Source of the DNA: Eledone cirrhosa
Taxonomy: Eukaryota
Direction of reading: 5' to 3'
DNA: 64,000 nt
Assembly: GCA_964016885.1 (NCBI GenBank)
Contig: OZ024757.1
Coordinates: 39,866,001-39,930,000 of the forward strand
A model generated the notes under the pieces. The model was given only the letters and a program-made list of their open reading frames with translations, was not told the DNA's origin and did no database searches. Both the position numbers and the translations under genes were made by a program. Below, piece after piece: positions 41,535 through 55,296 of the stretch (its first letter is position 1; the number at the start of each line of letters is the position of its first letter).

Positions 41535-41535
<1 letters not shown>
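40440..41535 (+). mobile_element. Non-autonomous Helitron with RepHel N-terminal remnant
   Basis: ORF 40713-41063 has CPHCGALLW..E....CC..G.V.L..L and R..NNSLALAS, typical of the Helitron RepHel N-terminus. The 3' end is hairpin ACCCGGGC-GAA-GCTGGGT followed by CTAG|T at 41532-41535. The 5' end is lost in (TA)n, so the start is approximate. Confidence 0.8.
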
Positions 41536-41569
<34 letters not shown>

Positions 41570-42043
41570 CATACATACATATATATATATTACTCATAGA
41601 ATCATAAGTACATCTATATATTTATATACAGTATGTAAGATTATATATGCCTGTGTATTGCATATATTTGTAAATATATTTCATATGTAGACATGTATGC
41701 ATATAAATACATTCACACACACATACGCATACACACCAGGGGCGGTGTAAACATTTCTGTATTGGTGACAGGGCAAATTTGGACAATTTAGTTGGAGCGA
41801 TTAGTTTAGCTCTTTGCACTCTAGAAAACTAGGCCCGTGATTGGTCGTTCTATGTGCTTGTTTGTATGAGGCTGGTTCGTCCACAGATTTGATGTGATTT
41901 TTGTTGTGTTAACACTGGTCTGAGGATCAGGCAGACCTGGAATCTGGTCTGGGATGCCAACCCAGATCATAAGCCGGCTGCGTGAGAAACATTTGTAACC
42001 AGAATTGAGCAATAAATCTCCTATGTAACACCTCCACTTTGTT

Positions 42044-42110
<67 letters not shown>

Positions 42111-42296
42111 ATACTTGGGGAGGGTCATATTGTTATAATATTGCCAGAAATAATAATAGAACACACTCACTGTTTGGTTTGGGTTGGTTTTCGCTTCTGT
42201 ATCTTTTATATCTCCATAGTTATATATATATATATTTCGTTTTTGAATTTGATGGGGGTAGACCAGAAGAAAGGAGAGGCACCAAATAAAAACCCC

Positions 42297-42339
42297 GTCA
42301 CTGAGGAGGTCACAGAATATGTGACAAAATAGCTTTGAC
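42297..42339 (+). ncRNA. Degenerate hammerhead motif in a dispersed Penelope-like repeat (other copies 44472-44514 and 32699-32727)
   Basis: GTCA-CTGAGGA-G-GTCACA(gaata)TGTGAC-AAAA-TAGC-TT-TGAC. The other copies retain GAAA, so the three-copy consensus is a complete hammerhead. Confidence 0.5.
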
Positions 42340-42467
42340 AATATATAAACATCCATCCGGTTCACGTTGTCCCTTCTACCTGGAGTTGCGACCGATAGAT
42401 AGTATTAGCTGGAAAGACCAATGGAAACATTGTTTCCTCGGTCTGATTTGACGAAAATTAATCGTTC

Positions 42468-42539
<72 letters not shown>

Positions 42540-42989
42540 CGAAGAAAGTGTGGTAAGGAACCAGGTGGACCTTAACGCACCAGAGTACTCGATACATTGG
42601 GTAGTGGAGTGGGTAATAGGAAAAGGTTCAGGACCTCGACGGCAGAGCTCAAGCCGTTTCGACGGCTATTTCTGGACTCAGAAATAGTTATTTGTGAGTT
42701 CAGAAATAGCCGTCGAACCGGCTTGAGCTCGCCGTCGGGGTCCTGAATCTTTTCCTATATATATATATATGCACACACACACACACGTTTAGGTGTGTGT
42801 GTATAGAGATATATATTGTTTAAAATCTATTTTTTCTATATATTTCTCTAAACGTGATTGACAAGTGTCAGACTTTATTAAAACAGACGTGACAGTTCAT
42901 GAACTTTAAGAAAAACTTCAGTCAAACTGCTAAAATCTCAGGCGCTGCGAGAATAGAAATTTATTTAACTTTGCAGTTTAAAAAATCCC

Positions 42990-43790
42990 CCACCACACAC
43001 ATACATACATACACAGAGAGACATACTAACATATTACACACACAGACATACATACGCACAGACACAAACATACATACACACACACAAAGACATACTAACA
43101 TATTACACACACAGAAAACATACACACAGACACAAACATACAAACATACACCAACCCACGCATATATGCACACATACATACATACATACACAGAGGGGCA
43201 TACTAACATATTACACACACAGACAAACATACACAGAGACACAAACATACAAAAACACACACGCATATATACACACACACACAGACATACATACACACAG
43301 AGACATACACAGAAACACAAATATACACCAACACACACATACGTACACACACATTACACACAGAGACATACATACACACAGAGACATACACACGGAGACG
43401 TACATACAGACACAAACACACAAACATACACACATATATACACAGATACGTACACAGATACATACACAGAGACACAAACACACACACATACACACACAGA
43501 CACAAACACAGAAAGGCACAACAACACACATATACATACAAACACACACATAAAATGTAAGCGTTTATTTGTGTGCGTGTAAGGGTCTGTATGTGTTTAT
43601 GTATGTATGTATGTGCTTAGGGTCTATAAGGGTGCGAGTGTGTTTATGTATGTGTAAGGGTGTATATATATGTGTGTATAAGGGTGTGTTCTGTTTATGT
43701 ATGTATATGTAAGCGTGTATGTATGTATGTATGTGTAAGGATGTGTATATATATGTGTATGTAAGGGTGTATATGTGTTTATGTATGCAT
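42990..43790. repeat. CA-rich then TG-rich compound microsatellite
   Basis: Direct reading. Confidence 0.88.
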
Positions 43791-44029
43791 TGTTTGCATA
43801 ATTTGACAGCGACCTTTCATTGTTCGCAATATAAATATCGATACGATTTCAATCAATAATTCATAATGTGACCCTCGTCTCTGATAGGTTAGAGGTTGGT
43901 TGCAGCACTTTTTATAGAGAATTTTATAAGCACTCCTCACTAACCAAACGCCATCCTCCCATCCGCTTAACTAACTAAATCCCAGCCTCCTTACTACTCC
44001 TCTGTCTTCCCCCTCTCTCTCTCTATATA

Positions 44030-44061
<32 letters not shown>

Positions 44062-44062
44062 G

Positions 44063-44237
44063 TTTTTACTGTTGGCACAAGGCCAGCAATTACCTCAGTA
44101 CATTACTGGTACTTTATTTTATCGACCCCGTAAGCATGAAAGGCAAAGTTAAACTCGGTGGGATTTGAACTCAGAACGTAAAGACCATAACACTATGCTG
44201 CAAAGCATGTTGTCCGATGCTCTACCGATTTTGCCAT
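44063..44237 (-). mobile_element. SINE family A
   Basis: Reverse complement of the family A consensus. Confidence 0.8.
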
Positions 44238-44336
44238 ATAATGTGCGTGTATGTGATAAACAGGCGAGACTCCAGTCTAACTACACACATAATTTTGCCG
44301 TAATAAAATGAATATATATATATTTACACATGCATA

Positions 44337-44373
<37 letters not shown>

Positions 44374-45311
44374 TATTAAAATAACAGATTAAAGTTTAAG
44401 CAAAATATATATATTTCGTTTTTGAATTTGATGGTGTAGGACAGAAAGGAGAGACACAAAATAAAAATCCAGTCACTAAGGTGGTGACAGAATGTGTGAC
44501 GAAAGATCTTTGGCAATATATAGACAACCATCCAGTTCGTTCTCGAACAAACAAACCAACCAAAACCAGAAATTTATTATAAATTGAAATCCAAGAGGTG
44601 CGTGTGTTTTTAATGGCAGCATGACCTTTCCAAAGTATAACAATATTCATATATATAAGACAAGTTACTGCAACTGCACCTAACCAGGTACGTAAGTTTC
44701 ATTAAAACTGAGGACCAACTTGCTCAACCATTGCTGATGAAATTGAACCGGAAATTAACAGAATAGGTCTTATGTTTCTAATTTGAAATTGTATTAATTC
44801 ATTGAAATCTGTCTTGTAATTACATAAATACGCCATGTCAGAGAAAATTGGGTATTGAGAACTAATTAAGCAAACTTTCTTAATGACTTTATTTCTTACA
44901 CCAGATCCATGATTACCAATGGTGATTATCTATGGCATCTATTTACTTAGTTGAAAAATGGTTGTAATTTCAATGTATTTGACACTCACAAAGAATAAAA
45001 TGTTAAGAGGGTCGATGTTATGAGACTCGGTTTGAGTAACTATATTTCTCACTCTATATATAGATACTTGAGTAACTATCTTTCTCACTCTATATATAGA
45101 TAATCTTTTGTGACACGAAAGAAAACGTTGAATTTTGGCGAAAGTCGTTTAACAGTTAAGAGCTTTACTTGGAAACCACACGCAATTTCGGGTCGGCTGT
45201 ACAAAAAGTGTTTTATTTACAGTATTAACAATTGTTTCATTGATCAGGTAAGTCTAAAGGCCGCTAATCACCCGACCTTAAATACAGTGTGTGTCTCTGA
45301 TCAAATCATCG

Positions 45312-45362
<51 letters not shown>

Positions 45363-45384
45363 TTCCGATATTCATAAGCAAATG

Positions 45385-45920
45385 ACGAGGCTGAATTGTT
45401 TTGCAGATTCTAGTTACGACTTTCTACGTTCAAATGTCGCTGACATCTAATTTGCCTTTCCTCCACCCATCTAGGTTCAATAAACTAAAGTATCAATCAA
45501 TCACGGCGGTCGATATAATCGATTTCTCCCTACCCATCCCCCAAATTGCTGGCCTTGTTCTAAATTTAGAAACCTTACGATTAACTGAAATCTGATTTTT
45601 TAACTAAGTTTTACTGAAGGCAACATATTGGCAGAATCGTTAGGATGTCAGATATAATCCCTTATCATATTTGTTCCGCCACGCTGCTCTTACTGAGTTC
45701 AAATCCCGTCGTGGTCAACTTTTCTTTTCATCCTTTCTTTTAGGACCAATAAGAAATACAACTCCAGTACTGGGAGTCGATTCTTCATCTATATCTCTTT
45801 CTTAATTCCTTTCTTTCACACATATTAACCTTGCCTATTTTCCTTACCTGTTCGACAAAACAAAGTACCAGTAATACATTGGTTAATTGTTGGCCTTATG
45901 CCAAAAGTAGAAACAATTAT
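45385..45920 (+). mobile_element. Diverged SINE family A copies (two plus a tail fragment)
   Basis: Repeated GTTCAAAT, CTTTTCATCC and GCTGGCCTTG..AAAGTAGAAACAATT motifs. Confidence 0.65.
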
Positions 45921-46377
45921 CTTTCCATCTTTGGAAGAAATCGGGTAGATTGGAGAAAGGAATTGCTCCGCCAAATGTAAAATGCCCATAAATACACTCT
46001 GTCATGACAGTAACCTTATGACCCCAGTAGGGGTTACCTGACCACACATACCTAGAACCAGGTGACCACTACGACACTACCATTAATCAATCTCGTGTGA
46101 GGAATATTAATAAAGAGAATGGAAATGGAGAAGAAAGTATAGTTTGGCTCGTCTTGGAAATATACAGATAAATACGGAATTAAGACCGATCTATCTATGA
46201 AGCAATGTATAGGTTCCCCCAAGAAAACTAATGTCACGTCATCACATGACAGCCCTCCCACCCAGCTTGCCAGAGAACTACGAGGTCACCTTCATATGAT
46301 ATCTTCCAGGGTAAAAATGAAAGATGGGCAAAAAGAAAATTTGAATAAAATATAATTTAAAATAAGACGAGACTTAC

Positions 46378-46635
46378 CGTCGTTATTTTCGTATAATATT
46401 GTAAATTTTTTCCAATTCCAATGTACTACCAGATCCAAGAAAACGCGGCTTAAGGTCAAGTAATGAGGGTAAAGATTTATTGAAAAATAATCAACATCCC
46501 TAATATCACGGGAGTCCCATCGTGTTTGCAAGTGTGGGATCTCCAGTGCATAACATATTGATTGTACGTGAGCGGCAGAAGAACTTGACAGGGGACCGAA
46601 TACTGCAGCTATACCTTTTTCAAGTTGCTTACAAA
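46378..46635 (-). CDS. GRIK2: Kainate-type glutamate receptor exon (258 nt; VCKQLEKGIAAVFGPLSSSSAAHVQSICYALEIPHLQTRW...WNWKKFTILYENND)
   Basis: Acceptor ttttcag|, donor |gtaagt at 46372-46377, phase 1-1. Strong kainate-receptor ATD motifs. Confidence 0.96.
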
Positions 46636-46828
46636 CTGAAAATAGAAGAAAGAGAAAGAAAAATATATTAATAGAAAGATGGAAGTTGTAGTTTGCTTGA
46701 AGCATAGTGTATGGTCAATACAAGACATAGATGTTGTGTTACAATATTTATTTAACTGTCCTGATATTTCGAGATAAAATCTCTTCTGAAAGAAATATTA
46801 AGGACTAAACTAGAGGGTATAGGGCTCA

Positions 46829-46861
<33 letters not shown>

Positions 46862-46894
46862 TGCTATACATCTACGTGCAAATATCGTATGTTT

Positions 46895-46934
<40 letters not shown>

Positions 46935-46973
46935 AAACATACGATATTTGCACGTAGATGTATAGCATGTGTG

Positions 46974-47023
<50 letters not shown>

Positions 47024-47519
47024 TAGTAACACAGCAATTAGTTCACCATACCGAGAACAATTGTTTCATCTTAGCGGATCTTCAGCTCGGACTGGTCATG
47101 GTTAAACGGAACAGGAAGAACATATGGATAATAGTATGGTCACCATATCTATCTATCTATCTATATATTAGAAGCAATAGGTAATCATTTTCCGAAATCA
47201 TTTTGCTGCTCCCACCCCCTAATTCTGTTGCGACCAACAAACAAAAGGGTTCTGCAAAATTTCCGCTCAATCGGACAACTCAAAGGCGACCCTTCAACGC
47301 CTTGAAGTTGGAACATAGTATACGCAACAATTAATTCTGTTCAAAAGCGGTATACTGTTCCCTATCTCGACCATTTGCAAACGCAGACAACTCATAAGTT
47401 CAGTGTTTATCACTAACGTATGTTTCTTAATATTTTATTTCTCTACACTATCATAGGCGCAGTACAATTCTTTCAATAGACGAACGCAACTCACAACCTC
47501 ACGGCTGGTCTTCCTCTAC

Positions 47520-47860
47520 TTTTTCTCCTTTTATCCTTGCTCTCCTTTTATCCACGCTCTCCTTGCTCTCGTTTTATACACGCTGTCCTTTTCTCATCGC
47601 TCTACTTGCTCTCCTTTTATCCTTCCTTTCCTTACTCCCCTTTTATCCTTCCTTTCCTTGCTCTCCTTTTATCCATGCTCTCCTTGCTCTCCGTTTAGCC
47701 ATGCTCTCCTTTCCGCCTTGCTCTCCGTTTATCCATGCTCTCCTTGCTCTCGTTTTATCTATGCTCTCCTTGCTCTCGTTTTATCCACGCTCTCCTTGCT
47801 CTCGTTTTATCCACGCTCTACTTGCTCTCGTTTTATCCACGCTCTACTTGCTCTCCTTGT
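47520..47860. repeat. 26-bp minisatellite (CCTTGCTCTCGTTTTATCCACGCTCT)n
   Basis: About a dozen imperfect units; it explains the repetitive ORFs at 47563-48166. Confidence 0.85.
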
Positions 47861-48023
47861 ATCTATGTAGAAAAGGGGAGCAAGGAGAAATATGAAAGCA
47901 AGGATAGTAAGGAGAATATACACACACACATATATATATATATACATATTATATATATATATATTACACAATACCAAGTACTCATTTATCTCAGCTGTCA
48001 ACCACATACTGGTATATGTATAT

Positions 48024-48754
48024 TAGGGTGGCCCTTAGCAATAGATTATTTTCCGAAAGTTAAAATGTTGCTGCTTCCAGGGCGAAAAATAGGTGTTTGC
48101 CCTATACCTGCCCTCAACTTTGCTAGTTACCTCCCCCATGATATTTATTGCCACTTATCCTTCTAATACCAAGTTAAGTCTGAACAAGTTTTTAATTTAA
48201 GAGAAAATTATATAAGAGACTAGCAGATTTACCCGGCGTTGCTCGGGGTTTGAAATTATGCTAAGAATATACAGCTAGGAAGTAAAAGAAGAACATTATT
48301 TGTCCCCAACCTGTCAAAATAAGCAGTCTCTTTATAAGGATTGTCAATAAAGTTGGTTATCTCCCTTACATCAATTTTGCTACCGATAATTTTGATATCG
48401 ATTTTTTATTGCTCAACGTCGGTCGATTGGAAACATGTTTGTGATGTGACCATCTTAGGGACCTGTGCAACGTGCACAGAAAATTTGGTCAAATTCAGTT
48501 GGTAATTGTAAAAGCCTTAGGTATCCAAAGTTGTACACAGACACACACACATCCTCGCTTTTATATATATAAAGATACATTTTTTCTGGAAAAATGACAT
48601 TCCAAGCGAAACTTCAAAATTTCACGGTCGATCAAGGTCGTTTTGCAGTCGACTGCTTGAGCTAAAATTGTGTATAGATTGGCATTCTGTTACTTCGAAC
48701 AAGATAGGGGTGGGAGGTAAACAGGTAGTAAGTTGAAAAATAAGGGCCACCCTA
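48024..48754. mobile_element. MITE / non-autonomous DNA transposon with 14-bp TIRs (hAT-like TAGGG ends), interrupted by a Helitron
   Basis: TAGGGTGGCCCTTA (48024-48037) and TAAGGGCCACCCTA (48741-48754) are perfect inverted repeats. There is extra subterminal inverted similarity (TCAACTT..GTTACCTCCC). Confidence 0.75.
48220..48575 (-). mobile_element. Non-autonomous Helitron nested in a TIR element
   Basis: Minus strand reads A|TCTTTATATATATAAAAGCGAGGATGTGTGTG ... CCCCGAGCAACGCCGGGT (hairpin) AAATCTG-CTAG|T. Confidence 0.85.
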
Positions 48755-48916
48755 CTATATATATATATATATATATACACAGTATATGATGATGATTTCT
48801 CACGAATGAAACAGCTCTAGTCCTGTAGAAGCTCTTCTATATTAAAACTTTTATACTCTGCTATGTATTAAGTACCTTACTTACTGTGGTTACCTCCGAT
48901 TCAACCCGGAATAACT

Positions 48917-48969
<53 letters not shown>

Positions 48970-49688
48970 GTGTGTGTGTGTATGTATGTATGTATGTAGA
49001 TAATAGTATGCTTACCATATCTCTCTATATATATCTATCTGTCTATATATCTATCTATATATCTATCTATCTATCTATCTGTCTGTCTGTGTGTCTCTGT
49101 GTGTGTGTGTGTGATAACACACGATTATAGCAATATTGCAATCGTTAAAAAGGCATTACAGGTAGATGTCTCTGTATGTAGTCATGTCTTAACGCTGACG
49201 TTCTCGCTGGATTTGTGTACATTAGGTTTTTGTTGTTCCCGTAATCTCTCTGCAGTTACTCAATAGTTTAGAGATAAGTTCAATAAATGTACTATATATA
49301 CAATGTATATTGTATATTGTACAAATGATATTTGATTAGCGTGGAGGATTGGATGTAACAGAAGGAAAATATGATTATCTATCTAAGCATAAGCGGATGT
49401 CTCTATAAATATATATATACAGACACACGCACATACACACACACACATATATACATACATATATATATATATATATGGTCATTAAAATATATACATTGAT
49501 ATATATATGTCTGTGTGTGTCAGAATATATAGAATTTATGTGCATAAATATGTTTGCATATGTGTGTGTACATTAATGTCTAAGTATATATGCAGGTGTA
49601 TGAATTATATATATATATATATATATATGTTTGAGTGTGTAGGTGTATGAACATATATGCAGGTGTATATATGCAGGTGTATACATTT

Positions 49689-49729
<41 letters not shown>

Positions 49730-51519
49730 CTGTGATAGAAAAATATATATGATTCTCAGTATATCTAATATAATATATTCATCCACTCGAAGCAAAAAGT
49801 CCATTCCAACTCAATTTCATTCATATATATTATTTTATGTTGCACCAAATGTGTGAATAAATATGCACACACACCCACATATATATATACATACATACAT
49901 ACAAACGTGTGTGTGTGTTTGACTAACCAATGTACGTGCTTTCTTTCATCTCAAACCTCTCCGTGTTTTCTTTATATTTCATACACACTCTCACCCTTCT
50001 TTCGCTGTATTTAAATGAAAGAATAACTTCCGAAATATTAAGACTGACTCTCAACAGTATTCAAATTATATACCATTACTTTCTTGCTATAGTTTCTATC
50101 TTTAAATTTGGTTTATATATATATATATATTCATTTATTGGCTCTATGGTTTTATATATATATATTATCCTTATCGAGCCCTCTTCGGATTTTAGTCTTC
50201 ACATTTATTATATATATATATATATTTCCTAAAGCTTATACATGTCCCCTATAGTCCTACTATTAGTAATTCGACATCATTCATAAATGTTTTACGAATG
50301 TACACATATATATATATACGAGTCCAGAATTAGCCGTCGAAACGGCTTAAGCTCAGCCGTGGGGGTCGTACTCGTTCCTATTACCCACTCTACTACCCTA
50401 AGTATCTAAGTATTGAGAACTTTGATGCGTTATGGTCCATCTGGTTCCTTACCACATTTCCTTCGCTATATAACAATATCTCCCATAGGTTTCTTTCGTT
50501 GTTAATGGTTGGAAGAAGGCGAAATGTTTTACGTATAAAGATATGGCTATGGTTGTCTCTTCATAGAGGTCTGTTTATTGGCGTGTGTCAGCGAGGGTGA
50601 ATGTGTATGTGTGAGTGTGTGTATGTGTAAGTGTGTCTGTGGGTGTGTGTATATGTGTGTGGAGGGACGAAACTTTAGCATGATTCTGAAAATATAATCA
50701 AAAGGGAAAACAAATACCCAGACATACACCCACACGCACACACACGTGAATGTGTATGTGCCTTTGTGATTATATATACATACACACACAGAGCAGAACA
50801 CATGTACGTATGTGCCATTGTGAGTACACACACACACCACACACACCACACACATATATATATATATATGTATATATATATTTCGTTGCTTCTCTGCATG
50901 TATGTATCTACGTGTATATATGTATATATAAATTTACACGTATATATATATATACATATGTATATGTGTGTGTGTGTGCGTGCGTGTATATATGTATGTG
51001 TGTGTATATCTGTCTGTGTGTATATAGGTAGATCCTCATTGAATGAAATCTACGAGATTAACAGTATATTTGTTTTGCGGAACGGTAGCAAAGGAATGTA
51101 AATAAATCTGGTTTCCTGGCCGTTTCGCTATTTGAAAGCGTTATTAAACAAGGGAATAACAGAAAAAAAAATGGCGATTTTTTTCCACGGAGAACGACGG
51201 AAAAGTAAGACGAAGTAAAATATGAAATAGGAATGAAAAACAAATGAAGAATAGATGGTTGTATTAGAGAGAAAGTATGGAATAGTAGCAACGGCAAAAT
51301 TAGTTTTAAAAAACAATACTAGATTCATTCTAGTATGGATGGACATAAAAAAAACATAAAATGAGCAGAAATGAACAAAAGATGAGTAAAATGAATACAC
51401 ACACACACACACATATATATATATACATACACAATTATATACATGTATACACACACATATATATATATATATACACATACATACACAATTATATAGATGT
51501 ATACACACACACAATCATT

Positions 51520-51551
<32 letters not shown>

Positions 51552-52114
51552 AAATCATATGCTTTGGTAATTCTTACGATGGAGAATGAAGAGATATTGT
51601 CCTCGACGATAGGAGACAGGAGAGAAACGAAAAAAACCTATGGTATATATGCAGTGATATTGGAGATGGTGGAGTTTATGTTTGTGAAGATGGTGGTGGT
51701 GGAGGTGGTGTTTTTTGAGCTGGTGGAGGTGTTATTTGTGGAGCTGTTCGCGGTGGAGGTGGTGTTTGTCGAGCTGGTGGTGGTGGTGGTGGAGGTGGTG
51801 AAGTTGGTGGTAGGGGAGCTGGTGGTGGAGTTGGTGTTTGTGGAGAAATGCGGCAGAGGGATTTGATTCGTTTTCTATATAATCTTTATTGTGTGTGTGT
51901 GTGTGTGGGGGGGGGGGGGCAAATGGGAAAAAAGAAATTGAGTGAATGCTTGGAGGACATCGGGAAAATATAGAAAATATTCGTAAGAAACGTTTCTAAG
52001 AAACCCAGGAAATTGAAAAAAAGGAACCCGAAAACAAGAACCCCAAATTCAACAACAATAACAACAAACAAATAGCAAAAACAACAATAATAATATTAAT
52101 TACAGTCAATAATA

Positions 52115-52310
52115 ATTGTTTCCACATTTGGGACATGGCCAGCAATTTGGAGGAAGGGGAAAGTCATTTTTATCGACCCATTACATAACTGGTGATTTAT
52201 TTTATGGATCCTAGATGGATTAAAGGCAAAATTAATCTTGATGGGATTTGAACTCAGAGTATGGAACGTCGTAATTAAATGTTATAAAGAATTTTGTTCA
52301 AAGCTCGACA
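52115..52310 (-). mobile_element. SINE family A, diverged
   Basis: GGCCAGCAATTT, AAAGGCAAA and GGGATTTGAACTCAGA motifs. Confidence 0.6.
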
Positions 52311-52569
52311 AAGTCTGTTCTAATCCTGTCGATTCTATTTCTATTCTCTACTAAAGTATTGAGTACTTTACTAACTGTGGTTACCTCCGATTGAACACAG
52401 GAGTCATATAGAATGTACGTTATACAAACATATGTATAGACTCAATCATAAACGAATATAGAGCGTCATATATGAGAGAGTCTACTCCCAGTATGGAGCA
52501 CCCTGGTGAGTAATGGTATAACTGGTTTTTACTGCATCTATCTTGATATATATACATGTATAAATATAT

Positions 52570-52615
<46 letters not shown>

Positions 52616-52839
52616 CAGAAAATGTGGTAAGAAACCAGATGCACCATAACGCACCAGAGTACTCGATAGTTAGGGTAGTAGAGTGGGCAATAGGAAAAGA
52701 GGCAGGACCCCGACGGCTGAGCTGCGGCCATTTCGACAGCTAGATCCGACCTAAGCCAGCAGTATTGAATACTGGTGGCTTAGTTCGGATCTAGCTGTCG
52801 AAATGGCCGGAGCTCAGCTGTCGGGGTCCTGACTCTTTT

Positions 52840-52902
<63 letters not shown>

Positions 52903-52985
52903 CTGTCTGTATTTTTGTGTGATTGGTTATATGTATGCATGTCTGTATAATGTACTCATACACCATATTTCTATGCATTTTTGCG

Positions 52986-53026
<41 letters not shown>

Positions 53027-53395
53027 GACTTTATGACTAAAACGCAACATATATTATTCATGAATAGAGACACAAAACCATATGATGAAGAGGAAGAAGT
53101 TGATATATAAAAAAAGAAAATTGACTGCAACTGAATAACAAAAATGTGATCAAGTGTAGTCAGCCACCATGTCTAACTGTGTATGCTTCCATATTATATA
53201 ATCATTACAATGAGGAAGGAATAACAGAAAGAGAAGAGTAATAGAACACGTACATTCTTATGCGATTATAAACCTGTTTTATTTTATTGTCGTACACCAC
53301 AAACGAACTGTAATTTCCCTCTCTAAAAAAAGAGATGAGAAATTTACTGGCTCAGATAAATATTTAATATATATATGCATACATATGTATAATAT

Positions 53396-53429
<34 letters not shown>

Positions 53430-55296
53430 GGCTATATTGCTCTGTGTTGTTGGGTTCTTTTTTCATTTAGATATGAAGATATATCAGTATGTGTATTAAT
53501 ACGAGTATATGTTTTTATACGCATATAATAAAACAATTTGTTTTCTCTATTTATACATGCGGATAGACAATATATGTATGTATACATAGATATATAGACA
53601 ATACACAACACACACACACACAATTATATATATTATATATATATATATATATATGTGTGTGTGCGTGTGCGTGTGCGTGTGCGTGTGTGTGTGAGTGTGT
53701 GTTTGTTTCTGTATCTGCATCTCCATATACATACAAATGTATACTTATGCCTGTGCTGGGTAAGAGAGTGTTGCGCGTGTGTGAGAGATTAGCTTTCAAC
53801 GTAAATGTGTGCGTGTGTGTTCGTGTATGTGTGTATATATAGAAGTAAATAGCTATTAATTTCACATCCCTTTCCTCATGTGTGTATATGTGACGTGTAT
53901 ATATATATATATATATATATAATTATGCATTCGTTGGAGTATATGCGAGTATAAATGCATAGATATAAGAATATGATAACATAACTGAAACAGATTTATG
54001 ATTTGTAAATAAAACATTTTAAACTGACCCACAGAAATACCATTTATGTGTTTGTGTTGAATATTTCAAAATGGTCGACATTTATGTATCTCATAGTCGT
54101 ACATGATTTACGAGTTAACCACTTGCCTATTTACAGGAAACCGTTTTAAACTGTTATAAAGGCAATTTTATGTTTTGGCAATACCCCGATAGAGATGCAG
54201 TAAACTATACTAGTGTTATGTTTTATTAAATAATTATTCAATAATGTATAATATGCAAGCTAATAGCTTTTTTTTTCTCTATTAGTATGACTACACGTTG
54301 TGGTGGAGAAGAGTGACAAAAAACTATTACAGAAAAACAATCTTTATATGGCTCTCATCCTATACACACTCTCCTCCTCTTTATATTCTAGATCTGTATA
54401 TATCCTCCCCCATCTCTCTCTATCTCTTTTTATCTGTCTGTGTGTCTCTCACTCTGTCTCCCTCTCTCTCTCCTCGCATAATACAAAACTATGAGAATAA
54501 TTAAATTACAAAATCTAGCTTAAAATGTCAGATATTTTAAATTTTCATTACAAATGATTTAGAATTTATACATTTAATTTTAGATTGCATTTAGCTATCA
54601 AATACACATTTTTTCTTCTTCTTCGTTATAAATTACTTTAATGATTTAGAGAATGATATGACCAATGCAAGAAAATATATAAAAGATGATGGAGGTGGTG
54701 GTAGTAATGCCCACAGTAACGGGGTTGGTGTTTTGCCGCAATAGCTAGCCAAGTAACACAACTTCGTGTCATCATCAGGCCCGAGAAATTGTTAGAACAC
54801 TAGCAAGAGATACAGATAGATACCAATAAATGGTTTTGAATGAGATCACTCTAGGACTTCGACATATATATATATATATATATAAGAAAAGGGAAGTGAG
54901 GTTCTATACAAAACAGTGGGTATAGAGAAAAGATGAAATTGGAAATAGCATGGGAGATATGTTTTAAGGGCCTGTTTTTCTTTTTTGATTCGTCAAAGTG
55001 ACATTATTGAAAAGATAGTATTATTAAAAAAAGAGGGCCAATTCTTTTTCGAAATTTTTTTTATGAAGTATATAAAGTGTATGAAAAAATTACCGATTTC
55101 GATGTATTAAAATCCATCTTGTCAAATTCAGTGCAAAAATTAATTAACGAGGAAGTAAAAAAACGAATGTTTGAGCAAAATTTCTTCCATCATGCCTTCT
55201 GAAAAGTTGGCATGGAATGAGGCCAAGTTGTTTTGTTTAATGTAGTGTTTTAATTTTAATTCCTCTTTTTACTTTCTTTTTAATTAACTTTTTTCT

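Noticed and set aside
41821-42035. 63-aa ORF / possible LINE remnant
   Set aside because: Only a faint resemblance to LINE ORF ends and no diagnostic motif; cannot be supported without a database search.
54755-54780. Hammerhead at a minus-strand CTGATGA (also 30349 and 44734 on +)
   Set aside because: No correctly placed GAAA box or closing stems.
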